DNA of 64,000 nt from Candidatus Omnitrophica bacterium UBA6249 (GCA_002441305.1 DJVT01000014.1:178791-242790); one strand, 5' to 3'; shown: positions 52,235-62,960, counted from the first letter of the stretch. Numbers and translations: made by a program. The notes: generated by a model not told the origin, from the sequence alone.

Positions 52235-55128
52235 TTCTTATATTTCTTGCCTGAGCCGCAGGGGCAAGGGTCATTACGCCCGACTTTAGGCTGTCCCGAA
52301 TGCGCTGGATTTTCCTGGGGCGCCTGCCTGGAGACAATATCCTCCTCAGGGGAGGCCTGGAACTTAACCGATTCAGGATGCGAAAGCTCTTTCGGCAGCG
52401 AACTGAATACCCCATGGAAACTATCCCGGTTGTCCGCCGGGCGCAGTTTGAATATCGACTCTACGGCCTCTTCCTCTATGGATTTTATCATCTGCGTAAA
52501 CATCTCAAAGGCCTCACGTTTATATTCGATGAGCGGATCGCGCTGCCCGTAAGCGCGCAATCCTATGCCTTCACGCAGGCTGTCCATAGCATAAAGATGG
52601 TCTTTCCACTTGCTGTCTATAATCTGCAGGAAGACCATCCCTTCAAGGTTGCGCATCAATTCCGGGCTGATCGATTTTTCCTTTGCCTCGTAAAGCCCAA
52701 GCAAGCGCGCGGATATGCCCTCCTCGACATCCCGGAGGTCCTTGCCGCTAAACTCTCCGGGATCGATCTCCAGGCCGAATTTCAAAGCCAGGCGGCTGCT
52801 TAAACCGGCGGTATCCGGCTCCGGGGAATCCTGCGGCAGATAAACCCGCACATACTCCTCAACGAGTTTGCCGACGATCCCAAGGATGTTCTCCTTCAAA
52901 GAAAATCCCTCCAGGATCTGGCGCCGTTGCCCGTAAATAATCTCCCTCTGCTTATTCATTACGTTATCGTATTCCAGGAGCTGTTTCCTGATTTCGAAGT
53001 TATGCTGTTCCACCCTGCGCTGGGCAATTTCTATGGAACCGGTAACCCACGGATGCTCGATCACCTGCCCCTCTTCAAGGCCAAGCTTGTCCATCAAGCC
53101 TATTATCCTATCGGAGCCAAACAAGCGCATCAGGTCATCTTTCAAGGAAACATAAAAACGCGACGACCCGGGATCGCCCTGCCTTCCGCTCCTGCCCCTT
53201 AACTGGTTATCTATACGCCTGGCCTCGTGGCGCTCCGTACCCAACACATGCAGCCCGCCCAAGGCAACCACCTTGTCATGTTCGGATACCGCTTCTGACT
53301 TATACTTGCATAAAATATCCTGGTACTCCTTTTGATAATCCGGGCTTTGCGCGTCCAGTTTCTGTTTAGCCACATTCCTGGCAATAAACTCGGGGTTGCC
53401 GCCCAGAAGAATATCCGTACCGCGTCCGGCCATGTTCGTGGCTATGGTCACCCCTTTGTATCTGCCGGCCTGGGCTATAATCTGCGCCTCCATTTCATGG
53501 TACTTGGCATTCAACACCTGATGCGGGACCCCTTTGCGTTTAAGCATCTCGGAAAGGATTTCTGACTTATCTATGGTAACTGTACCTACCAATACGGGCT
53601 TGCCCGCTTCATACAATTCAGCGATTTCTTCAACCACCGCGGCGAATTTCTCTTTTTCGGTTTTATAAATACGGTCGGGATAGTTTTTACGCGCCAGGGG
53701 CCGGTTCGTAGGGAGCACGACTACATCCAACTGGTAGATATTCCTGAATTCCCCTGCTTCGGTAAAAGCGGTCCCGGTCATACCCGCGAGTTTTTCGTAC
53801 ATCCGGAAATAGTTCTGGAAGGTTATGGTCGCCAGGGTCTGATTCTCGCGCTCAATCTTCATCCCTTCTTTCGCCTCTATCGCCTGGTGCAAGCCGTCCG
53901 ACCAACGCCTGCCCGGCATAAGCCTTCCGGTAAATTCATCCACGATAATCACCTGGCCGTCTTTAATCACATAGTCGACATCGCGTTCGAAAAACTCCTT
54001 GGCCCGCAAAGCCTGGATACTATGATGCCTGTATTCTATGGTCTCCAGAGTGTGCAGGCTTTCCACCCCCCAAAGCCCGGCCGTCTTGATTTCGCCTTCT
54101 TCGGTCAAGGCGACTGTCTGCGCCTTTTCATCTGCCATGTAGTCAAAGCCCTGCCCCAAGTCCACGCCTTTGTATTTGGCATCTATCTCGTCCCTCTCGG
54201 TCACTCTCCTGCCCTTAAGCTGCACTGCTATATTCTTGGCTGTATAATATTTTTCCGTGGATTCCTCCGCCGGGCCCGAAATAATCAGGGGGGTGCGGGC
54301 TTCATCGATCAATATGGAATCCACTTCGTCAACGATGGCGTAATAAAACGGCCTTTGCACGAGATCCTGGAGGGAATACTTCATATTATCCCTCAAGTAG
54401 TCGAACCCGAATTCGTTATTCGTCCCGTATGTTATATCGCAGGCGTAGGCCGCTTTCCTGGCCTCGTCCGGCATATCGTGCTGGATCGTCCCCACGCTCA
54501 ATCCCAAAAACTCATAAATCGGCCCCATCCACTCGCGGTCGCGGCGGGCAAGATAATCATTGACCGTCACCACATGAACGCCCCTGCCCAACAAAGCATT
54601 CAAATAAGCGGCGAGGGTAGCAACCAGGGTCTTGCCTTCCCCGGTGGACATCTCCGCTATCCTTCCTTCATGCAGGATGATCCCCCCGGCGATTTGCACG
54701 TCGAAATGCCTGAGCCCTATAGTGCGCCGCGAAGCTTCCCGGACTACGGCGAATGCCTCGGGAAGGATCCCGGAAAAAAGCCTGTTTCGGCTTAGCTTGA
54801 TCTTCTCCTTGAGTTTTTCCTTTTCCTCCGGCATGACTACCGAAAGCATCGCCTGCTGCAACGACTCTATCTCCCGTTCGTATTTCCTGGATTCCTTTTC
54901 CAGATATGCCTTGAATTCACCGGTCTTGGCGCGCAGTTCGGAATCGCTAAGCCCCTTTACCCTGGCCTCCAGGGAATTCACCTGGTCCACCAGCCTGCTT
55001 AGCTCCACCATCTTATTCATAGACGGACTGGGCATCTCCGGATGCAGGGTAATACTGACACCCGGGAACCTGTTCCTGATCGCTTTCTGTTTATTATTGA
55101 GGATCATGCCTCTGATCAATTTGAGCAT
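52219..55128 (-). CDS. secA: Preprotein translocase ATPase SecA
   Basis: 969 aa. [32 protein letters not shown] and the C-terminal zinc motif [14 protein letters not shown]. Confidence 0.95.
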   Translation of the reverse strand: MLKLIRGMILNNKQKAIRNRFPGVSITLHPEMPSPSMNKMVELSRLVDQVNSLEARVKGLSDSELRAKTGEFKAYLEKESRKYEREIESLQQAMLSVVMPEEKEKLKEKIKLSRNRLFSGILPEAFAVVREASRRTIGLRHFDVQIAGGIILHEGRIAEMSTGEGKTLVATLAAYLNALLGRGVHVVTVNDYLARRDREWMGPIYEFLGLSVGTIQHDMPDEARKAAYACDITYGTNNEFGFDYLRDNMKYSLQDLVQRPFYYAIVDEVDSILIDEARTPLIISGPAEESTEKYYTAKNIAVQLKGRRVTERDEIDAKYKGVDLGQGFDYMADEKAQTVALTEEGEIKTAGLWGVESLHTLETIEYRHHSIQALRAKEFFERDVDYVIKDGQVIIVDEFTGRLMPGRRWSDGLHQAIEAKEGMKIERENQTLATITFQNYFRMYEKLAGMTGTAFTEAGEFRNIYQLDVVVLPTNRPLARKNYPDRIYKTEKEKFAAVVEEIAELYEAGKPVLVGTVTIDKSEILSEMLKRKGVPHQVLNAKYHEMEAQIIAQAGRYKGVTIATNMAGRGTDILLGGNPEFIARNVAKQKLDAQSPDYQKEYQDILCKYKSEAVSEHDKVVALGGLHVLGTERHEARRIDNQLRGRSGRQGDPGSSRFYVSLKDDLMRLFGSDRIIGLMDKLGLEEGQVIEHPWVTGSIEIAQRRVEQHNFEIRKQLLEYDNVMNKQREIIYGQRRQILEGFSLKENILGIVGKLVEEYVRVYLPQDSPEPDTAGLSSRLALKFGLEIDPGEFSGKDLRDVEEGISARLLGLYEAKEKSISPELMRNLEGMVFLQIIDSKWKDHLYAMDSLREGIGLRAYGQRDPLIEYKREAFEMFTQMIKSIEEEAVESIFKLRPADNRDSFHGVFSSLPKELSHPESVKFQASPEEDIVSRQAPQENPAHSGQPKVGRNDPCPCGSGKKYKKCCGK

Positions 55129-55130
55129 TT

Positions 55131-56235
55131 TTAATTCCGTTTATTGGCCTTTAATTTAAGAAAAGCCTCGATAAAGTCGTCCAGCCCCCCGTCCAGGACC
55201 TTGCCGCTGTCCCCTGTTTCAAAATCCGTACGGTGGTCCTTTACCAAGTTATAAGGATGCAATACATAAGAACGTATCTGGCTCCCCCATTCTATCTTTT
55301 TCTTATCCGCGCCCTGCTGTTTTAACTGCGCTTCTTTTTCTTCCTGTTGAACCTCGTAAATACGCGCTTTCAGGATCCTCAAAGCGGTTTGCTTATTTTG
55401 ATGCTGGGAACGTTCATTTTGGCACTGAACCACTATACCGGTGGGAATATGGGTGATCCTCACTGCCGAATCGGTAGTATTGACGCTCTGCCCGCCGGCG
55501 CCCTTAGAACGGTAAACATCTATACGCAGGTCCCTTTCTTCGATCGTTATGTCCAGGTCTTCTTCTATCTCCGGGATCACGTCTACCGAAGCAAAAGAAG
55601 TGTGCCGGCGCTTGTTCGCGTCAAAGGGGGAAATCCTCACCAGCCTGTGCACGCCGCGTTCCGCTTTCAAATACCCGTAAGCGTAATCCCCTTCGACCAA
55701 AACGGTAACATTCTTTATCCCCGCTTCTTCCCCTTCGAGTAAGTCTATGGTCTTAACGGTATAACCGTGGCTTTCGGCAAAACGGGCGTACATCCTGAAA
55801 AGCATGCCCGCCCAATCGCAGGATTCGGTCCCTCCTGCCCCGGCATTGATACTGACGATCGCGCTGTTCTTGTCCAGCTCCCCGCCAAGAAGAACCTGGA
55901 ACTCCAGCTTCTCCACCGCCGTAAAAAGATCTTCGGCATTACGTTTGAAATCAAGGAGCAGCTCGTCCTCATTTTCCTTCAGCAGCGGGAGCAGCTCTTG
56001 AAGCTCCTGATGCTTTCTGCAAGCCAAATCCCAGGGTTCGACGGTCGCTTTAAGGAATTTAAGCTCCTTCACTATTTTTTTAGGACGGTCTGAATTATCC
56101 CAGAAGTCCGCGGCGGACATTTGCGAGGAAAGAATATTTATCCTTTCTTTCTTGTGCGCAATGTCAAAGATAACCTCTTAAATTCTCCACCCTTAAACCG
56201 ATATCGCTCAATTTGTCCTTTAATTCTTCAAGCAT
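55131..56235 (-). CDS. prfB: Peptide chain release factor 2, with programmed +1 frameshift
   Basis: Frame 0 (56235-56167) encodes [23 protein letters not shown] and then reaches TGA at 56166-56164. After the +1 shift, 56165-55131 continues [22 protein letters not shown]..., with SPF and GGQ motifs. Total length is about 367 aa. Confidence 0.9.
56163..56178 (-). promoter_or_regulatory. prfB +1 frameshift site (AGAGGT TAT CTT TGA C)
   Basis: The slippery CTT-TGA-C sequence is preceded by an SD-like AGAGGT, matching the canonical RF2 autoregulatory site. Confidence 0.85.
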
Positions 56236-56266
56236 GGCTGTCTTATCCTCCGGGGTTATTTGAATT

Positions 56267-57337
56267 TTATTTCTTGATACCTCTAAAGGCAAGCATAAAT
56301 TCGTCGCGGTTATCCGCGGCAGAGGCGGCATCCTCTTCGCTGATTTTACCCTCCTGTACCAATTTAACCAAAGACTGGTTGAAGGATTGCATCCCGAATA
56401 CCGCGCCGTCATCGATGAACTGGGGAATCTCCCAAATCTTGCCTTCGCGGATCAGGCGGCTGATAGTAGGGGTAAGCAGCATTACCTCGTATGCGGGTAT
56501 CCTCCCGGAACCGTCTTTTGCCGGGACCAGGCGCAGGGAAATTATGCCTTTAAGCAGAGTGGCAAGCTGGTTCCTCGCCTCCTGGTGTTGATGCGGGGGA
56601 AAGAAATTTATCAGCCTCTCAACGCTCTGGGAGGCATTAATGGTATGCAGGGTGCTTAAAACCAACACTCCGGTTTCCGCCGCGGTTATGGCGCTGGAAA
56701 CGGTTTCATAATCGCATATATTCCCGATAAACATCACATCCGGGCTCTGCAGGGTAAACGAACGCAGCGCCACCGCATACGAAGAAACGTCTATCCCCAG
56801 CTCCCGCTGGTTGATGATCGACTGCTTGTCTTCAAAAGTAAACTCTATGGGCTCTTCGGCGGTCAGGATGTGTTTCTTGGCGTTATTGTTTATATACTCT
56901 ATCATGCTGGCGATAGTCGTGGATTTACCACTGCCCATGCTCCCTGTCAAGAGGACCAGGCCTCGCGTTTCAAGCGAAAGTTTCTTGAATATCTCCACCG
57001 GCAGGCTCAATTCTTCAAAGGTGGAAATATTATTGCGCACATTCCTGATCACGATGGAAGGCCAGTTCCTTTGCATGAATATACTGACCCTGAAACGGCG
57101 CCCGAATTCCTCCAGGTACACGGCAAAATCCACATCCATATTATTCCTGAAAATATCCAGCTGCTTGAAATTTGCCAGCTGCTGGGTAGCAAGCAAAACG
57201 TCCTCTACGCTCAAAACCTGCTCACCCATAGAAATAATCTTCCCGTCTATGCGCATCCGCGGCATGCCGCCCGCGCGGTAGAATAGATCCGACCCCCCCT
57301 TGGATACCATCTCCTGCATCAGTTTCTTAATATCCAT
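56267..57337 (-). CDS. pilT: PilT-family type IV pilus retraction ATPase-like protein
   Basis: 356 aa. Walker A GSMGSGKSTT and PilT-type N-terminus DLFYRAGGMPRMRIDG. No other pilus genes are in the window. Confidence 0.8.
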   Translation of the reverse strand: MDIKKLMQEMVSKGGSDLFYRAGGMPRMRIDGKIISMGEQVLSVEDVLLATQQLANFKQLDIFRNNMDVDFAVYLEEFGRRFRVSIFMQRNWPSIVIRNVRNNISTFEELSLPVEIFKKLSLETRGLVLLTGSMGSGKSTTIASMIEYINNNAKKHILTAEEPIEFTFEDKQSIINQRELGIDVSSYAVALRSFTLQSPDVMFIGNICDYETVSSAITAAETGVLVLSTLHTINASQSVERLINFFPPHQHQEARNQLATLLKGIISLRLVPAKDGSGRIPAYEVMLLTPTISRLIREGKIWEIPQFIDDGAVFGMQSFNQSLVKLVQEGKISEEDAASAADNRDEFMLAFRGIKK

Positions 57338-57431
57338 GCATTGCCCTCCGAAAGTATTTTCGGCCGCCGATTAAACGCATATTTAAATACGCCGGCCGGA
57401 TAAAACAGCTTGCGGGAATATATTTATTTGA

Positions 57432-58931
57432 TTATAGCACTTTATTGCCTTTTAATGTAGGATTAAATTCCATGTAGCGCGCAAGCATAAGCCTGCTCTG
57501 GGCATCCAGCGCAGGAAAAGACCCTACAACCAGTATTATGCCTGGGACAAAGAACCACTCCAGCACGAGTATTATATTCTTGAACCAGCCTATCCCCCTG
57601 GGCCGCGGGGGCAGGATCGTCCAGCTTAGGAAAATCCAGGTCAAGCTGGTAAACAGGGTAAATTGGAACAGTATGCCGGTAATCTTCGGCAGATTATAAG
57701 CGAGCGCCGTTTGGCTGAAGAATCTCCCTCCAAAAAATATGGGCAGCGGCCCGATAAGCACAAGGATAACCGCCCAAACTGCCCAGGTAACATGGCTTTC
57801 CAGGAGATGAAACAGGCGCCTTGTTTTCCTGAACAGGCCGATATTGCTGTTCTTTACCAGCCTGGTCGCTACAAACGGGAAGTTTTCCACTCCCCATGCC
57901 CATCTTCTCTTCTGCTTGTACTGTACGATTATAGTCTTGAATATATTACTGGAATAAGCCACATCCATAGAGACTGTTATGTAAAGCGGGATAACCCGGT
58001 AATCCCCGTTATAATGCAGGAATCCTTTCCAGTAAATAACCGAGTCATCCGAAACCATATTCCTCGGCCAGTAATCGACCTCGACTAAAGTCTTGAAGCT
58101 CATGCTATGGCTGGAAAAGGTGACAAATTTCTCCAGGCGCATACTTTCGATCATCTGGCAAAATGAACTGCTGATTTCGATCAGCCGGGCGAAAGACGGC
58201 GCCTGCCAGATATTATTATTGTAAACCGGCATAGGCTGATAGCTCGCCTGGTGAGGCTTATCGGAGACCAGAAAATGATAACTCAGGCATCCGAAATACT
58301 CGGGGTCGACGCAGGTATCGGCGTCAAAACAGGAAACTATGGCATGCTCATAACCTATTTTCCTGGAATCAAGCAGTTTTTTAGCCTCACGCGCCCCCCA
58401 GGTGGCATTCGCTCCTTTGGTGCGCCCCTCTCCGGGCAGCCCGTCTGGGTGAAAGGTGGAAAGATAGGAGCCGAAGCAGGACCCGAACTCCTTTTCAAGT
58501 AACGCGGCGTTCTCATGGGCATACGGGTTTCTTTCCTCGAAGGCCATGACCACGATAAATTTATCCTTGGGGTAACGGCTGGCCCTTAAGGCCTCCAGGG
58601 AAGGCCGCAGCACTTCCGGCCCTTCGTTGCATACCGGGAATATCACCAGCTGGCGTAAATCTGGCCACCCCCTCCGGGCATCCAGCCGTAAACAGAGCTC
58701 CAGCCAGTTGCGGCCTTTCTGGCGGAAGATCTGGTGATGGGCCATGATTAAAAGAGTAGTCAGATAAACAGTGCGGATAATCCAATAAAAATCGAAACTG
58801 ATAATGATTATGGCGCAGGCCACCGGGAACACTATCGACAGGAAAACAAGCGAAAAGATTATCCCCCAGGATAAAAACCCCGGCACGATCTCGAAAAACC
58901 TCCTGCAGTCTCTCTCTTTACTTTTACTCAT
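57432..58931 (-). CDS. Membrane-embedded family-2 glycosyltransferase (processive synthase type)
   Basis: 499 aa with TM helices at both ends. CFDADT (DxD), SDDS and QYKQKRRWAWG (QxxRW) motifs. Confidence 0.8.
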   Translation of the reverse strand: MSKSKERDCRRFFEIVPGFLSWGIIFSLVFLSIVFPVACAIIIISFDFYWIIRTVYLTTLLIMAHHQIFRQKGRNWLELCLRLDARRGWPDLRQLVIFPVCNEGPEVLRPSLEALRASRYPKDKFIVVMAFEERNPYAHENAALLEKEFGSCFGSYLSTFHPDGLPGEGRTKGANATWGAREAKKLLDSRKIGYEHAIVSCFDADTCVDPEYFGCLSYHFLVSDKPHQASYQPMPVYNNNIWQAPSFARLIEISSSFCQMIESMRLEKFVTFSSHSMSFKTLVEVDYWPRNMVSDDSVIYWKGFLHYNGDYRVIPLYITVSMDVAYSSNIFKTIIVQYKQKRRWAWGVENFPFVATRLVKNSNIGLFRKTRRLFHLLESHVTWAVWAVILVLIGPLPIFFGGRFFSQTALAYNLPKITGILFQFTLFTSLTWIFLSWTILPPRPRGIGWFKNIILVLEWFFVPGIILVVGSFPALDAQSRLMLARYMEFNPTLKGNKVL

Positions 58932-59913
58932 CCGTCTTCCTGATCAGCCTTTCCAATATATAAAGCTCCGGGCTCAATTCCAGTTTATAAAGATTTTTGC
59001 GGGGAGTGCCGTCCGCATACTTGGCGCTGTCGCTAAAATACAATGTCTGGCGCTTAACGTCATAGAATACTTCGACGGGCTCCTTATCCAATTCCACCAG
59101 GTTGACCGGTTTTGACAGCGCCCGGGACTCGACCACTGCCACATGCCTGTTGGTTACCGCTATGAGATGGTAACTGTCCGAATGCCAAAAGACTCTGATC
59201 ACCTTTTCGCGCGAATAATCCAGATTCACGAAAGAATCGGGATACTCATAATTGCTGCGGCTGTCCAAAGACACCACGCTGACCTGGTGCGGCCCATAAA
59301 CAAACAACCTGCCCCTGTCCGGAGAGATATCCCAGCCGGAAATCTGCCCGAATTTTTCCGGGAGGCTCGCAATATCCTCGAAATTTTCTCCCGCGGAATC
59401 CGACCTGTAAATAATCCTGCCCTCCCGGTCCATATAATAAACCTCTCCCTTCTCGGCATCCACGCGAAAGAGATCGAACCCTTCCTGGTTCAATCTCTGC
59501 AAATCCGGCTTCAGGGGGAATAATATGACCTTATCGACGCGGCTGACCTTGCCGGCTTCCACATCCACCTCCGACTTCCAGGGGTAATATTTTTCCATCG
59601 TCAACGCTATTCTATATACCCCCGGCAAAAGCTCCTCTATGCTTGCCGGGGTCTTCTCGGGGATAAGCCTGCCGTTGAGATAAACGCTCGCCCCTTCGGG
59701 CTGGGTTTTTATATAAATCAACCCTGTCTTGACAAAGGACATCGTGCGCACGTTGTATTTATATCCTAAAGCGAAGGCCAGGATAAAAGGCAATCCCCCG
59801 AAGAACAAAACCAGGCTCAAGAAAAAGAGGAAAAATCTGGCCCCCTGGAAAACCGGGTCAACGCGCACCCCCGCCGGAGTTTCTTTATGCTTCTTTCTTA
59901 GTCTCCCAAACAT
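58924..59913 (-). CDS. PEGA-domain membrane-anchored protein with a beta-rich C-terminal domain
   Basis: 329 aa with an N-terminal TM helix. IKTQPEGASVYLNGRLIPEKTPASIEELLPGVYRIAL is the PEGA motif. It overlaps the GT2 start by 8 nt. Confidence 0.7.
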   Translation of the reverse strand: MFGRLRKKHKETPAGVRVDPVFQGARFFLFFLSLVLFFGGLPFILAFALGYKYNVRTMSFVKTGLIYIKTQPEGASVYLNGRLIPEKTPASIEELLPGVYRIALTMEKYYPWKSEVDVEAGKVSRVDKVILFPLKPDLQRLNQEGFDLFRVDAEKGEVYYMDREGRIIYRSDSAGENFEDIASLPEKFGQISGWDISPDRGRLFVYGPHQVSVVSLDSRSNYEYPDSFVNLDYSREKVIRVFWHSDSYHLIAVTNRHVAVVESRALSKPVNLVELDKEPVEVFYDVKRQTLYFSDSAKYADGTPRKNLYKLELSPELYILERLIRKTDE

Positions 59914-60170
59914 TTCGCTATTTTTTTCTCCAAATCCAGCAACAGCCTCTTTTTATCCCCGCCCAACGCATAACCCCCCGCGCCTCCGCCGCTTTTTACC
60001 ACCCGGTGGCATGGTATAATCAACGGATACGGATTGCGTTTCAAAGCCTGCCCGACAGCCCGGCACGCCCCGGGGGACCCCGCTTTCCTGGCCACCCATT
60101 TATAGCTGCGCACCTGACCTATCGGTATCCCCAGGACAACTTTATATACCCTTACCGCAAACGGCGTCAT
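59898..60170 (-). CDS. Methylated-DNA-protein-cysteine methyltransferase (Ogt/MGMT) DNA-binding-domain protein
   Basis: 90 aa with the IPCHRVV active-site motif. ATGA overlap with the uvrC stop. Confidence 0.8.
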   Translation of the reverse strand: MTPFAVRVYKVVLGIPIGQVRSYKWVARKAGSPGACRAVGQALKRNPYPLIIPCHRVVKSGGGAGGYALGGDKKRLLLDLEKKIAKCLGD

Positions 60171-61408
60171 CTCCCTATCAGCTCCTTCCTGCGCAATAGC
60201 AGGTGATACCTTACGGCGAACCTATGCGCTTCATCCCTGACCCGGCGGATAAGATTCAAAGCCGGGGTATCCCGGGAAAAAGTCAATACTCTGTTGTTCC
60301 GGCTGTTATATATGCGCTCTTCTTTCTTGGCGATACTGACCACGGGAATATCCAGCCCCAGCTCTTTGATTTGCCTGACGGCAGAAGCGAGCTGCCCCTT
60401 ACCGCCATCAATAAGCAGGAGATCCGGCAAATCCCTTTTTTCCCTGATCAGCCTGCTGTAACGCCGGTATACCAACTCGGCAATCATCCTGCAATCATCA
60501 ATACCGCGCGTCCATTTGATGCGGAAACGGCGATAGTTATTCTTATCCGGATTGCCGCGGTAAAAACTTACCATGGAACCTACCGCCTGCTTCCCGGATA
60601 TATTGGAGATATCGAAACCCTCTATTCTCTCGGGGGACCTGTCCAGCCCCAGGTCTTTTCTCAAATCTTCAAGCTCCCCCTTACGGTTAACCCCGCTTAA
60701 CCCCGAGGACAATTCCGCAAGAGTGGATATCTGATCGCGTATCCTTGCCGCCTCCTCGAAGTCTTTCTCTCCGGCTTTATCCTGCATTGCCCGGCTGAGG
60801 CGGTTCACCAGCACATCAACCTCACCTTTCAATATCATAGTTATGTCTGCGATACGCCTGGAATATTCGATCTTGCCGATACTGCCGGCGCAGGGAGCCG
60901 GGCAAAGGCCAATCCTGCCGTATATGCATATCTTCCCGGGGAGCCTGGCACACGAACGGTAAGGAAAACTGTGCCGGATGATCTTTAGGGCGTCTTTCAA
61001 CAACTTTACGTTTGTATACGGCCCGATGTAACTGGCCCGCGGGTCATCTTTTTTGCGCGTAACACTCAAAAAAGGAAAATCCTCCGCCGATATTTTAACG
61101 AAGGGGAAGCTCTTGTCGTCGCGCAACGCTATATTGTATTTCGGGTTAAATCTATGGATAAACCCCGCCTCGGCCAGCAGGGCCATGGATTCATTCGGCA
61201 GCAGCACGAACTCCAGGCTGGAAACATTGTTCATCAAGGCAGCCGTCTTATCGCTCAATCCACCGCCCAAATAAGTGGCAAGCCTTTTCTTCAAAGAGCG
61301 CGCCTTGCCCACGTAAATAACCTTTCCGCGGGCATCGCGCATAAGATACACTCCCGGCAAGTCAGGGGCGGAAGCGATTTTTTCCTTAAGCATGCGGGGA
61401 TGCTCCAT
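60167..61408 (-). CDS. uvrC: Excinuclease ABC subunit C, compact form lacking the C-terminal (HhH)2 domain
   Basis: 413 aa. GIY-YIG (PGVYLMRDARGKVIYVGKA), a Cys-rich segment, the UVR motif FEEAARIRDQI and the RNase-H-like endonuclease region (IEGFDISN...LIDGGKGQ). It ends right after RDEAHRFAVRYH. Confidence 0.8.
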   Translation of the reverse strand: MEHPRMLKEKIASAPDLPGVYLMRDARGKVIYVGKARSLKKRLATYLGGGLSDKTAALMNNVSSLEFVLLPNESMALLAEAGFIHRFNPKYNIALRDDKSFPFVKISAEDFPFLSVTRKKDDPRASYIGPYTNVKLLKDALKIIRHSFPYRSCARLPGKICIYGRIGLCPAPCAGSIGKIEYSRRIADITMILKGEVDVLVNRLSRAMQDKAGEKDFEEAARIRDQISTLAELSSGLSGVNRKGELEDLRKDLGLDRSPERIEGFDISNISGKQAVGSMVSFYRGNPDKNNYRRFRIKWTRGIDDCRMIAELVYRRYSRLIREKRDLPDLLLIDGGKGQLASAVRQIKELGLDIPVVSIAKKEERIYNSRNNRVLTFSRDTPALNLIRRVRDEAHRFAVRYHLLLRRKELIGR

Positions 61409-61412
61409 AAAC

Positions 61413-62960
61413 TTATCCCCTCTCCTTAAAAATCAACCAGCGAACGATCATCCTGAATTCGCTGACCTTAAAAATAAAACAAAAAACCGCATAGGATAAC
61501 CCTCCGCAGAACAAGGCCCACCACACGTTTAAAGCGCGGTTTACCAAGAAACACACCGCCGCCATGCATAAGGAAGCCGAGAGGATGCGCAAAAAAGCGG
61601 ACAATATCGCGCGCTCGTCAATCCCCCCCAGGCGTTTTTTCAAATGCAAGAACAGAAGCGTGAAAGTCGCGAGCCCGGAAAGAGAAGTAGACAAGGCCAA
61701 TCCCCCTATTTTCATGGGAAACATCAGGGCCAGATTGAAAACTATATTCATTGCCAGGGCCAGAGCTGCCATTTTCGCCGGAGTAACAGTATCTTTAAGG
61801 GCGAAGAAACACGACTGCAGTATCTTGGTCCCCCCGTAGGCGCTCAATCCTATGCTATAGAAAAACAAAGCGTTGGCGGTCAACAGGCGCGAGTTGAAAT
61901 CAAACTTCCCCCCGCCAAAAAGCGCGGATATCAAAGGATATGCCAAAACCATAAAGACCGCGGTCGCAGGGAGCATTATGAAAAATACGGCACGCAACCC
62001 CCAGGAAAGAGTGAGCTTAAGATTGTCCCGGTTTTCCTCCAGGGCCTGAGTGGAAAGCGTCGGGAGCATCGCCTGAGACAAGGCGTTGCTGAACACCCCT
62101 ATAGGAAACTGTATAAGCCTGTAGGCAAAATAAAGCACGGCGACGCCTCCGTCCCCTACGACAGCTATCAGCGAACCGAATGCCGAATCCACGAAGTTAT
62201 TTAACTGGTAAATCCCGGAACTGGCGAGACGCGGCAGCATCAACCTTCCTATCTGCCGCAGGCCGGGATGCTTAAAATCAATAACCGGCCTGAAACGAAA
62301 ACCTTTTTTAAACAGGGCCGGCACCTGCACCGCCAGCTGCAATACCCCGCCCAGCAAGATACCTGACGCTAAACCCGTTGTTCCCTGCCCTAAAAACAAG
62401 GCGCAGGCAATTATGGAAATATTAAGCAGGCACGGGGCGAAAGCAGAAACGGCAAAATCCTTCAGGGAATTCAGGATAGCCGTGGCATAAACCGCCAGCC
62501 CGATAAGCAGTATGTAAGGAAAAATAATCCGGTTTAGGCGTATAGTGGCTTCCAATTGCTCCGGGAAAGCGATAAACCCGGGGGCGATAACGCGCACGAT
62601 AACGGGAGAAAAAATAATCCCGGTTATCGTTATGACGCTCAATATTATCATCAACACATTCAGGACAATATTGGAAAGCTCCCAGAATTCTTCTTTCTTA
62701 GCCCTTAGGCTGTATTCGCTTAAAGTCGGTACGATTGCCGCGTTAGAAGCCCCCTCTCCGACAAAATCACGGAATAAATTGGGGATACGGAAGGCGATCA
62801 CGAAGGCCTGCGCATTGAGATAAACGCCGAACAGCCTGGCAATAACCATATCTCTTATGAAACCAAGCAGGCGCGAAACGAGAGTGAAAACCCCGATCAC
62901 TCCCGCAGAACGCGTGACTGACCGGTTATGCTCAAAAGAGGAAGATTTGTTTATTGACAT
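61413..62960 (-). CDS. murJ: Lipid II flippase MurJ
   Basis: 515 aa with 14 TM helices. The N-terminus TLVSRLLGFIRDMVIARLFG is typical of MurJ/MviN. Confidence 0.9.
   Translation of the reverse strand: MSINKSSSFEHNRSVTRSAGVIGVFTLVSRLLGFIRDMVIARLFGVYLNAQAFVIAFRIPNLFRDFVGEGASNAAIVPTLSEYSLRAKKEEFWELSNIVLNVLMIILSVITITGIIFSPVIVRVIAPGFIAFPEQLEATIRLNRIIFPYILLIGLAVYATAILNSLKDFAVSAFAPCLLNISIIACALFLGQGTTGLASGILLGGVLQLAVQVPALFKKGFRFRPVIDFKHPGLRQIGRLMLPRLASSGIYQLNNFVDSAFGSLIAVVGDGGVAVLYFAYRLIQFPIGVFSNALSQAMLPTLSTQALEENRDNLKLTLSWGLRAVFFIMLPATAVFMVLAYPLISALFGGGKFDFNSRLLTANALFFYSIGLSAYGGTKILQSCFFALKDTVTPAKMAALALAMNIVFNLALMFPMKIGGLALSTSLSGLATFTLLFLHLKKRLGGIDERAILSAFLRILSASLCMAAVCFLVNRALNVWWALFCGGLSYAVFCFIFKVSEFRMIVRWLIFKERG

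Noticed and set aside
53887-54795. 302-aa plus-strand ORF inside secA
   Set aside because: It is antisense to secA, whose identity is unambiguous, and it has no motifs.
56164-56412. 82-aa ORF treated as an independent gene
   Set aside because: Only its last 23 codons are real, as the frame-0 part of prfB. The upstream extension overlaps the pilT 3' end and is an artefact of open reading frame extension.
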